A DNA stretch of 64,000 bases from NCBI GenBank assembly GCA_044892525.1, contig CM097885.1, forward strand, positions 59,396,001 through 59,460,000, read 5' to 3'. Under the pieces are notes generated by a model, which was not told the DNA's origin, made no database searches, and saw nothing but the letters and a program-made list of their open reading frames with translations. The stretch comes from Schmidtea polychroa. Its lineage: Eukaryota. Numbering within the stretch: the stretch's first letter is position 1; every line of letters begins with the position of its first letter. The translations under genes and the position numbers were made by a program. Of this stretch, positions 57,101 through 64,000 are shown piece after piece.

Positions 57101-58920
57101 ACCTGTTTTATCGCTTCCTCCCTTGCTTTTCTCAACTCCAATTCGATATCCTCGTCTTCACTTCCACTGGTTATCTCGCTTTCGCTTTCTTCCTCTTTGA
57201 TTTCCCCTTTTGGAGGTTCGCTTATTTCATTTAGCTGTAGTATTTCTCCACCTAAACTACTTACATAGTCTTCTTCTTCGTCTGACGATGCTACATCTTT
57301 TGTCCTTTTCATCATATTGATTTGCAAATTTCTCATCCTTGGTACTCTCTTTAGTTTCTTTCTTTCAAATATCGTTGTTTCTTCTGATTCTAATTCTTGT
57401 AGCATCTGGTGGTTTAGTTGACTGGTTTGTTCCTTGCTCTTGTTATTTTCGTCTTCTGTCTCAGTTTTCGCTGTATTATGTTCTTTTTCGATTTTATCTT
57501 TTATCTTTTTCCAGAATATTTTCTGAATTCTCTGGTTTCCTTTTAAAATCGTGGTTGAATTCTCTGTTTTCATTTCCGTTGTTGTTTCTTTTACCTTTTC
57601 TGGTTCCGTCATGGGTACTACCCTTGGGTTTTTCCCGTAATTGTAACAATACTGGCTCTTCATGTCTTTTACTAACTTCATCATATTTATTCGCAATGGT
57701 TGTTCTTGTCGTTGTTGGTTGCGTTCTTGTTTTATCCTCTCTTCCTCGGCCTGTAGTCTTTGCCATTCTTGTACATGTTGATGTACTTCATAATTGTTGA
57801 GATTTTCGGTACTCCTCATCATACGTATATTCTGGGTTTGTTGTGGTGCTGGTTCTTGTCTTGGTCTCATCATTTGTTGCATCATCTGTTTCATCTGCGA
57901 GATTTCCTGCATAACGTTCATTTGTTTTCCTTCGATGGGGTTACTTTGTCGTTGCGGATTCGCCATATAATTATTATTTCGCTGTGGTGGTCGTTGTTGT
58001 TGGCCCCTTTCTCGGCAATCTCTGGAGATGTGACCTGGCTGACCACAGTTAAAACAGCCTCTCAATTGGCATACATTTTCGGTATGTCCACGCCGTCCGC
58101 AACGATTACAATTTGAATTTCTATAACAATCTCTGTCCCAGTGTCCTGGTTTACCGCATGTTCGGCACTGCTTATTATCGTTCATATTTCGTCGATTATT
58201 AAAATTGTTCTCATTATTCAGGTTGCTACGATTACCATTATTCCCATTTGGTCGTCCTTGTGGTGGTTTAAAAATTTGATGCGCTCCTGGTATAAATTGA
58301 TTCATTTTCGGTTCTTGATTGTTGTTATCTCCGTTATCTGCTTTCGCTATTGCTGTCGCTATCCTTCCCTCCTCTTGCATGATGTTCATTTGGGCTGGAA
58401 GGTGGAGCTCGCATCTTGTAGCCCAATCTATGGCTTCCTCTAATGTTTTGCACATTTGACAACCTACTGAGGCTCTTACCTCTTCTCGGCGTAATCCCTC
58501 TATGAAATAGCCAATCAGGTTTTCCTCGGGTAATTTTCCATTCATTGCTTTTTTCGCTAATCTCCGCAATTCACTGGCATATAATGTTATCGATTCGTTC
58601 GCTCTTTGTTTCCTAGTTGCTAGTTCGCCCAACGCCTGGTTGATTGGCTTACTGGCTCCGAAGGTTTTCTTCAGGAATGTTTTGATATCTTCCCATTTTT
58701 CTAATTTCGTATCTCTCTCTTTAGCTTCTAAATAAACTTCTAATGCGCTATCGCACAAAAACAACGGCATCCTTTTACTAATTGCTTCGGGTGTCCATCC
58801 ACACACAGTGATATAAACTTCAAAATTAGTTATGAACGTTGCTAACTTGTTTGCGTTTCCGTTGAATGGTTCTCCTCTGAACTTCTCTTTATACTCGTCG
58901 GTTTTTACGATATTCGTCAT
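48103..58920 (-). CDS. gag-pol: 3605-aa Gag-UBL-Bcl2-Env-Pol polyprotein
   Basis: Capsid motif (Q..ESI..Y, FIEGL); 3 CCHC knuckles 58167-58015; PR DTG 51690; RT YIDD 50472-61; RNase H TDAS ~50025; IN HHCC 49380-49258, D49170-D48990-E48882 (DD35E); GPY 48456. Confidence 0.97.
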   Translation of the reverse strand: MTNIVKTDEYKEKFRGEPFNGNANKLATFITNFEVYITVCGWTPEAISKRMPLFLCDSALEVYLEAKERDTKLEKWEDIKTFLKKTFGASKPINQALGELATRKQRANESITLYASELRRLAKKAMNGKLPEENLIGYFIEGLRREEVRASVGCQMCKTLEEAIDWATRCELHLPAQMNIMQEEGRIATAIAKADNGDNNNQEPKMNQFIPGAHQIFKPPQGRPNGNNGNRSNLNNENNFNNRRNMNDNKQCRTCGKPGHWDRDCYRNSNCNRCGRRGHTENVCQLRGCFNCGQPGHISRDCRERGQQQRPPQRNNNYMANPQRQSNPIEGKQMNVMQEISQMKQMMQQMMRPRQEPAPQQTQNIRMMRSTENLNNYEVHQHVQEWQRLQAEEERIKQERNQQRQEQPLRINMMKLVKDMKSQYCYNYGKNPRVVPMTEPEKVKETTTEMKTENSTTILKGNQRIQKIFWKKIKDKIEKEHNTAKTETEDENNKSKEQTSQLNHQMLQELESEETTIFERKKLKRVPRMRNLQINMMKRTKDVASSDEEEDYVSSLGGEILQLNEISEPPKGEIKEEESESEITSGSEDEDIELELRKAREEAIKQVAEILPVVVRNQEFIDVIPFRRFVQKVMKLERNEKDLIPNEEKSIIKKYMEKMKQADTTRYVIKIGTSRGLERMWIKNTVTDELFDWIREHLGSSRKKEYLYQYQGEQIKPDMHLVDALIWPGETQILKLHKEKQPANLYDWAKDAKAEYDFNIKLKLEQIKQCTLRRNLDKLIKQIQEQVEDNWDLLITRRAPAMYELMSRLRDTEMLRMSDWRTINLIHKYGRLKETQPQRLEITIWLPNEEKRRIKMSNQSTVDDLVSKINQEITEKVRSESSDGMVDDVVMMYDKIILRAEDDTSLSEMGMWDNHQIIRIVPMDEFRTRDVTYQKEIRDRMKTLYQKSTEIIEIHQQWLKEKELQGKITKLNTRSCRRTPWERVWNAENKEWEIQKGIFVETDIGETESESEEEEEEPPEYEEEAREQTSDDEGETDVTSESENEARHIHAMRKKEREYADMDGEEATEAREREEKERYKQLGDILAMGAKNQKRQVVALANIILKTSENIHNLREMAKTIEEYRQYNEWYPEQLEQIIRKWRNQEWAQDTQERYHIRVKYPDKSIEELEVHPTTKIRELKKKLAYETPFHLQLFGKSLDDNADVGITPMRLEETNVLTMAETLGKPLKRKSKITKPTKGSLSTPSPNKPPSKSNETEEVEEIILEDSDDEPGERSPLLVRWPTGAEMWTNNQPSTSYQQPTKLNIKEIIDNTTETETDEQFQKQREPTKVTPEGQTDKIIDEWNEWLRNNDSSLPRTDNERNPNYENTREAGTMMEKRAKGRPKKQGEKSEFKTKEQLKQEQGQVRLEKLDKIVWDLKEAQPTIERGEKWIRELIKDMLIITNPQLRRLWQRKVASTEARQLWHIVSGIIPKLIKEKTKTTKTDWDETKRVIEQLTTNANDDEHHLVVITYLMYNLMGLAARKIPNKQFANHVEITVSIIENTIEPHIIRAGGWKRLIQAPRKNEQERSMQVRLKKLLNELEWELPMKDPASRKASINSLMMTMMIWMLCTSGATGFTIYDCDNMIMRDKYSLRDIEECRQASPNKLDIVRTKVTYHVYQESDFIRTQARECVVSKKVLAYYCGQYSYSTLILPGLDKEIVSIQREDCKELFRTGALKMHNGVTIHGQTGMIKTESVYVSGKVKSSDGSCNGGTYTIRGEVISGVVVIESYTVELKEYEAQFDANNYQMKTNPACRATENVCRTGVSTIIYEANTQKCRLQLLKSALFNEVKGEIYENENDEDGNDRVRMRNGKPMPPSPREKRLSTQKTPTALITDDPDLGMRFIKEKETTKCDSIVYKTNYAGIYMSRQIIDRAVGKIATEDVKLYLYANNKMDFLFHRGQTTLQKVYYDLIQNDCSLNKEILKTKLAIAITHPDNTMPSLPLPDGHFGRMVGEVMYTYQCTKTYARMPEKSILPEKRCANELEIRYKGQNRFVQPVTRIMNPVGFYPNLFNCSNAYGPLYERPDGKWMMLPGKTISEEPKKFGLIELATELDFKPIDVSNGGMYSPEDLETARLNVLFPARRESILSNMVTITGGTNYQSGPNYELLLSPDHFQQATSNMMKAMWGRFLVFGQMMAGILGIILIIQIVRVILTQMLACFDIYKREKKVNWKMIVGFLPFLAKTMVLHGHSKDIHRIKRLIKILTKIKGTDEEVGRRFRKVMYDEVTRRQLKKNKPKFLDRFRSQSSNSDSDDDDNGNDKCLYPTRNPNEKPMETAPYWEKEKTNTWIANGSYIPPDIVGPQAALTMTQNMYPQLPSQPGMHYMPTRRTKSVDQADDVRTIAAMSLPGGPAVTVMIQINGKETNAMIDTGANVSAIAINQIPSKHWKDIESTTIYIIACSKETVDVVGRWWTTLRYQDNEIETYLAVIPKLSVPCIIGTDLMPELLKEVVIDLTTMCLKDKTGRICKMNAVIRCPEKIIVPAKSQMICQIKVDTGMEGEVIFEPSKSFEKRRELPLAREIITINQEGVIPLNITNFEEEDKIIYENEKLGRLTPMIDIELPKVTHEMIKDDELWTIDSMLLTNDEKKKLHRLLVEYKDIFAISDLDLGTCDVTLHAIPLIDETPIALRPYKLAEMQKEIAEAEVQKMLDAKVIEPSCSPWQFPVVMVKKKDGTQRFCIDYRKLNAVTKRDTYPLPDINEMLLMLEGAAYFTSLDLKSGYWQIKVKDEDKEKTAFTLGRDLYQFRKMPFGLTNAPASFQRCMNFVTHGIKQCMVYIDDLLIYSATFEQHLEDIRNVFIRLRQWKLKLKPSKCDWAKEKVTFLGHIVSAKGKEPDPRNIEKIKTCPAPKTVTQVQEFLGLCGYYRKFIKNYAGIAKPIQELVKKDISFIWEKEQQQAFETLRDKLIEAPILVHPDFKKPFLLATDASGYAAGAILGQLDDEGKERVIGYYSRTFKKHEKNYSVTEREALAIIQAIKHFRYLLWGHEICITTDHQPLVWLGQHKEASSRLMRWAMQLQEYSPFIKFKAGRANANADCMSRFIFPDLVDSEMQRICLMVAEDLDFCQLRKDQQEDAELKQIIEYVKTGKTDVYAKDQKLKEHMDKHRHRYIIEKDWLLIMDGEKRLMCIPENRRKELLTQYHDGRLGGHMSSKKTLARMKQKYFWPTLTEDVTEWVKNCLTCATRKNTGSKWKAPLTPMPVPIEPMTMISMDVVGPLPESDKGNVYILVITDFLTKFPEAFAMPDQKAKTIAKILVEEICCRYGTPKQILTDQGTNFMSEIMSEVTNYFKIAKLRTSPYHPQTNGMTERFNGTLIQMLSNYVDRHQRDWDEYINLCLMAYRMSIHASTKMSPFKLMYGRECNMPMDLEYQPPISQYMEIDDYVTKFKERMQEIWETAGLNIKFYQESYKDLHDRKKNVKQHTFQTGDWVMIETPELIPGTTKKLQRNGKGPYEILFVGETNVRVKLVNNPFTRPIYVNVARCKSIPKTATSQPEGRTLTTRSQTYRMNMMQQLAEPITGRSGIQPSEAEKIVREVKIKLPGWAKDRLDFEILGGLLTMIENYANRE
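52312..54120 (-). other. Env-like glycoprotein domain inside the polyprotein
   Basis: Signal-like MMTMMIWMLCTSGATG|FTIYDC, ~550-aa Cys-patterned ectodomain (aa 1618-2168), TM FLVFGQMMAGILGIILIIQIV. Confidence 0.85.
54240..54640 (-). other. Bcl-2-like domain inside the polyprotein
   Basis: BH2-like IEPHIIRAGGWKRL (GGW 54264-56) after amphipathic helices; BH1 NWGR absent. Confidence 0.6.
55260..56930 (-). other. Up to three ubiquitin-like domains inside the polyprotein
   Basis: Clearest at 55461-55260 (IRVK..LEVHPTTKIRELKKKL..FGKSLDD); weaker at 56406-56155 and 56930-56705. Confidence 0.6.
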
Positions 58921-60286
58921 GATTGGTGTTCTAGATTCGTCTGTTTCTTTTAAATTGTCTAACGATGTGACTAAACTTTGGGCTGATAATTCTTCGGTTG
59001 ACGTTGCTAAACTATTAGTGATGTCGGACAGACTTTCTCTGCTTCGAGATCGACTAGGGGTGTATCCGAGATTTTCTTGGTCAAATATAGGTACTTGATT
59101 GGTTCTTCTTGGTCCTTGTGATATTCCTCTTTGATGTTTAATAGATCGTCCTCTTTTGAGTTGTTGTAATTCGTCTCCTGAAAATAATACGTCTCCCGGC
59201 TTACTTGAAGATCTAAGATTGGGTTTAACCGTGATTCCTTTCTTACGCTTCTTGGTAATTAGCGGCTACTGAATTGGACGAGTTCGGTTCTGATGGTGTT
59301 TCCTTCGATAAGTATTCTGTATGAATCTGCTACTGTGATTCTGAGGAGATTTACTAGTCCTTGACAGATGGCTGCTAATACTATGAGGTTGAGTATATCG
59401 ATGATTCGTTCGAAGTTGAAGATGTCGCTATCTGTATCTTCTTCCGTTCTGGAGTCTTCCGGTTGTTGGGTCTCTCGGTGTGGGTTCTGAATGGATTTAT
59501 TCTTGGTTGATTGTCGATTTCTTCGAATTCCTTTTGTGCAGGTTCTGGATTGGCTTGATTGGCTGGCTTGATTTGATATCTAAAATGAAAAAATGATCTC
59601 GTGTTGCATCTGCTTACACGACTTCATCATTCTTTCTGCAACATTCAAACACAGACACCTTTTAGGTTCTGTTTATGCTTCCCCTATTTTTTATGCAATT
59701 ACTTCCGCGGGTTATAATCTCCCATCAGCCCGAATTTTTCGTCGATTTTAAATTATCTATATGGGGTAGTAACAATTATCTATAAAGTCGTAATAATTAT
59801 CTATTCGTTATCAATTATAGTAAAAATAGGTCGTTGTCGGTCTCTGCTTATTACCTCCCTTCGTTTTCCTATTCCTTTTGCGCTGTTGTCGCCATTTTAC
59901 TTTTCATATTTACTATTATTCCACTCGGTTCTACTCTGGAACCAATAAAATGCATTTTCCCGGTTTAACCAAAAAAAAAATATTCCGTAGAGTTTCTCTA
60001 CTTCACTGGGATCCCTTTAATTAGTTGGTTACTTTCCTCTTTACTCATTATCATCGTTTCGCCTATTCTTTATTTTCCATTATCTCTTTAATTCGGTTCC
60101 TTCTTCCCTTTCCTTTTTCATCATAATCTTATTATCTTTTCCACGAGCTCGTTTATTTCCTCTCTAAACTCAAATTTTCGTAATTACATTCAATTTGTTT
60201 CTAGCTAGCTTTAATATTCCCTTTCTCTATTAATCCAGATATTAGCTCATTGTAGCTTAACTGCTATCTCTCGCTTTTCTAGGCCT

Positions 60287-60508
60287 TTACGACTGGCTGG
60301 CACTATTCAACAGCTCAATCTTCTTCCTTCTGACCGGTTGGACTATTCAACAACTCGATCTTACGACTGGCTGGCACTATTCAACAGCTCAATCTTCCTC
60401 CTTCTGATCGGTTGAACTATTCGACAACTCAATCTTACGACTGGCTGGCACTATTCAACAGCTCAGTTTTCGTTTCCCTTGACCGGCTGGACTATTTACA
60501 GCTCGGCT
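60287..60508. repeat. 3 x 74-bp tandem repeat in the 5' leader
   Basis: TTACGACTGGCTGGCACTATTCAACAGCTC at 60287, 60361 and 60435; each unit holds two related sub-units. Confidence 0.92.
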
Positions 60509-60991
60509 TTAACATTCTTTACTCTGCATGCTTCTACTTCTCTTTTCTTCTTTTACTCAAGATTACTATTTTCTCGGTCTACTTTTAATTTGTTGACTTA
60601 ATCTTTACCGCTCGGGAGTGTGTCCCCTTTCCCCCCTTGCTCGAAACGCACGACGATCGCGATGATCCATTTCTACATTGGCATGGTGATCAGTCATGCC
60701 GCAGAAACTTCTCATCATTTGCGATGGTACCCCGCCCTACGCTCCTCACTTAGGTTGATCGGTTATCCCCTCCCAATTGGTTTTATCGTATGATAGAACG
60801 TACCGCCCTAAGGTGGCTCGGTTTGTACCCTTACAGCCTATATTGGGACTAATTCCACGTTAGTTTAGTTCTCTTTTCGTTTGATTTAAAAAAATATAAA
60901 ATTGATAATCCCGGTGAATTCGCACTATTCGACAAAATTTAATAATAAATCCCGGTCAAGCTTACTCTAGTTAACGGATATTTCACTCTAG

Positions 60992-61009
60992 ATCCCGGCT
61001 GAGCCCCCA
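60992..61009 (-). promoter_or_regulatory. Primer binding site, tRNA-Pro type
   Basis: Minus TGGGGGCTCAGCCGGGAT, 16/18 to the MLV tRNA-Pro PBS TGGGGGCTCGTCCGGGAT; 7 nt from the LTR. Confidence 0.85.
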
Positions 61010-61016
61010 AAAATTA

Positions 61017-64000
61017 TGTTGGCGGGTGCACTACCCGGATGACCCCCTTCAGTAGCGCGTTTAGTCTAGAGGATGAATGCCCATATCGCTTACACTCGTC
61101 TTGTTTTTGGTCATCGCCGAGCAGGACCCGTACATAATCTACCCTCCAACATAGCACCCGTGAATCGCTTCACGTTGGAACTGTGCTATGCCGGCGAGAC
61201 GCCAGTAGGCAGGTGAGCCACCTCCTTCGGACTACTCCCTACTGAGGCCTCGACTTCCTAACCCTGACGGCCGATAGAAGGACTTACGTCTTTTCATTCT
61301 GTCGCCCACCGCAAGAGTTTCCGCTGGGATTACTAATTGACCGATGCTCCTCATTTTTCCGAAAAATTCTCAATGCTATTTACTAATCCCTTATTATTTC
61401 CCAATCACAACAAACAGGATAACACATACATAAACGAGAAATTTTTATTATTAAATTTACTATACAAACACCTCGAAAATTTATACACGGAAATTTACAC
61501 GAACTGAATAACACCAAGGTAGAAAACGACATCAGAAAAGTTCAATCCTCTACGGAGAAGGAGGCCATGTTTCGGGAAAATCCTCATTTCTCCCACTCCG
61601 AGTCGGCGAGTAACTCGTCCAGATTAAAGAACTCGGCGGCGTTTTCCTCCCACGTCGCCCCGGCGGCGGAGATGACTCGCCCGGAGATCCCGGTTGTTGG
61701 GACGACCACCGTTAGATCACTATTGTTGCTGACTGGAGCGTTGATTGACGAGGTACACTGCTTGACAGATGCCCGTTCCCGTTGTTTCCGTTTGCGTTCA
61801 GCTCGAGACAGCTGTCGACGCTTAGGCTTTGAGGAGGTGATCGTTTGTATGGTTGATGAGGACGCGAGATTTAGCTGGACCTTACTGGTTCCGGTGAATA
61901 CAATCTCTGGGTCTTTAGGAGAGAGCTCGGACTCTACACATCCATGGCAAGACTTCGCGAGTGGAGACGAAAACTTAACAGAAGTATCATGGTGCGCTGG
62001 GAAGAGATTACCGGCTTCGTCAATTGGGATCTTCGCTATTTTTCTAGTGGTCGCCGCTTGTATGTATAGTTTATGCAGTGCTTCCGACTGCTCTTTTATC
62101 AGGCTCCTCTGTGCTCGACTTTCGGAAATGAGAGCATCACGACAGTGCTCGCTTCGATACAATTTCTTTTGGGTCTCCTTCATTTGCGTGGGACTAAACC
62201 ATGTCCCCTCCAACTCATCGATCTTCCTTTTGTACTTTCCAATTTGCGCTTGTAGATCCCTGATAACTGAATTCTTGTCCGAGCAAGAAAAGCAAGGTTT
62301 AAGAATGTTGTTGGCACTTGAAGACATCTTGAGTAGCTATGAAGAGGAAATGCGAATAAAATCAAACTAAGTCAAAAGTGAGACATCATCATCTAGTCAC
62401 ACTCATACCATACTGATCATAGATTATCATACTGACAAAACGAGTTTATTAGCCTGAAGAGATTTCATTACCCTACAGATCTTGTACGCTTGGGGTCATT
62501 ATTTATACGAGAGAGGATCATTCATGCAAGATTTTACCGAAGGAAAGTAAGGTATTATCCTGGATAAGGGAAATTACAGGTTGATGAAATTACAATTTGA
62601 TCAATTTACCTGAAAACAGTACCTAACATTTAAAGAGAGTTTAAATTAAATTATAGATTTACCCCAAGACAAATAATTTGGATGTGTAGATCTTATGCAT
62701 GGATAGGCGATTTATCTATAAATTAATTATTCAACATAAATAAGACTCTATCAATTGCTCTGCAATTATTTGTTTGCGATACGTAAAAGTTTGTTAATTA
62801 ATTTGCACTTGTTCAGTTGTGAGAAAATCAGAATGATTAAAACAAAGTTGAATATTTAAATGAATTTAACCACGTGTACCCAAAATGTCTGTCTGGCCGC
62901 TATCTATCATTTCTGATCGGTGAGAAAATCGGGTGACTGTCAGTAGTATGTTTCAGTGAATTATGTTTCAGCTGACGCGTCAGGTTGGATTTCCTGTGAT
63001 TAACAGTCTGTATAATCTACATATTGCGAGTAGCCTCTGTGATTATTCTAAAGCGCATGGCGCATGAAAGTTTTCTCTCACCTACTTCTACTTAGTCATA
63101 ATCGCTGACTGATGTCTTCATGCTCTATGCTATGCCTGTGTATGCATGCAGATGTATTTTCCCTTATGACATATTACATCACTGACGAACCATGTATCTA
63201 CCTCTAATGCTGCCTGCTATCTCTCATGGATATTTTGGAAAAACCGGATTTCTACATCATCAATATTGGAATTAATTCACGATCCCCCAAATATGATTTA
63301 CCAGCTCGTCTCGTGGCCCTCTATCACTATCAATGTACGCCGGCTACTGCTGTCAAATTGGAGATTCATTACTTATCCCAATGCTGGATTTTCCACTCGA
63401 CGGGATGTGGACATTTTATGTTTTACTGGGTAAACATTATTCTAATAAATTATTTTTTAGAGAAATACATTTTTACTGATTGGAGTTGTTCGCTTTTATT
63501 TTAATGATTATTTACACCCATTTAATTATGTGATTTCATACAATTTCATCTCTGAGAGGACATATAGCCGATGGGAATAGCGATTTCGCAAAAATCGTTA
63601 GTTGAAAATTTCAAGATTAAATTTCTAGCGAATTCGAGAACTACGGCAACTATAGCACTACCAAGGTTGGACGGTTTTGTTAACGCAAAACCTGCCTAGA
63701 TCTACTGGATGATAAAGAAGAATTTTAACTTGATCAGACGCTGTTATAATACGCTAGTGCGACACCCTCAATCACTGCGCGAACATATCAAAATTTCTCC
63801 TATTGATCGATTCATTCTCCTATCCTACTTCCTCGTATGAATTTTCATAGAATTTAGTCACTCCCTCAGCGACGGACCCGTGAGGAAGCCCCCACATTAC
63901 GGCCCGAATCAGCTGCGTGATTGAAAAGACCCCATGTCCACCGGCTGAGCTCCCGAAGGCACCTCGCACCATGACATGGAGTATCTCAACACCACGTTTC
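61017..64000 (-). repeat. 5' LTR (right copy), truncated by the window end
   Basis: Matches 36204-39187; three substitutions noticed by eye and no net indel. Confidence 0.97.
61584..62327 (-). CDS. LTR-encoded 247-aa protein, 5' LTR copy
   Basis: Same ORF as 36771-37514 with two substitutions (D/E, S/P). Confidence 0.65.
   Translation of the reverse strand: MSSSANNILKPCFSCSDKNSVIRDLQAQIGKYKRKIDELEGTWFSPTQMKETQKKLYRSEHCRDALISESRAQRSLIKEQSEALHKLYIQAATTRKIAKIPIDEAGNLFPAHHDTSVKFSSPLAKSCHGCVESELSPKDPEIVFTGTSKVQLNLASSSTIQTITSSKPKRRQLSRAERKRKQRERASVKQCTSSINAPVSNNSDLTVVVPTTGISGRVISAAGATWEENAAEFFNLDELLADSEWEK

Larger units (their letters stand above)
36204..64000 (-). mobile_element. Giant Ty3/Gypsy (Metaviridae) LTR element with env-like and accessory genes; 5' LTR runs past the window end
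   Basis: Two direct repeats at constant offset 24813, PBS, PR-RT-RH-IN order, all internal ORFs on the minus strand. Confidence 0.96.

Noticed and set aside
40712-59098. Many plus-strand ORFs and short alternative-frame minus ORFs inside the element
   Set aside because: Shadows of the A-rich coding strand with no independent motifs.
60287-60508. CRISPR-like array
   Set aside because: Intervening segments are themselves repeated, no cas genes, eukaryotic context.

Overview
AT-rich eukaryotic genomic DNA with no prokaryotic gene organisation. (AAT)n and (TA)n tracts and the element type suggest a planarian such as Schmidtea; this is inference. Bases 1-36.2 kb are mostly non-coding: MITEs, long hairpins, transposon relics (hAT, mariner, gypsy, Helitron-type STPR repeats, Polinton polB), one intronless orphan ORF, and a ~190-bp dispersed repeat carrying a minimal hammerhead ribozyme (intact at 34474-34515, mutated at 999-1040). 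From 36204 to the window end lies a giant, very young Ty3/Gypsy LTR element on the minus strand. Its LTRs are at least 2984 bp (candidate 3818 bp, element ~28.6 kb) and it has a tRNA-Pro-type PBS. Its 3605-aa polyprotein reads Gag(3xCCHC) - ubiquitin-like domains - Bcl-2-like domain - internal signal peptide - chuvirus/gB-like glycoprotein - TM - PR - RT - RNaseH - IN, so the env-like gene sits in frame between gag and pol. Downstream are an interrupted ankyrin/FN3 membrane-protein extension, a complete TRAF, three coiled-coil ORFs and a small type I membrane protein; a transactivator-like ORF lies inside the LTR. It resembles the planarian Burro giant elements as recalled from the literature, so novelty must be checked. 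All domain calls are by-eye motif recognition; no searches were run.
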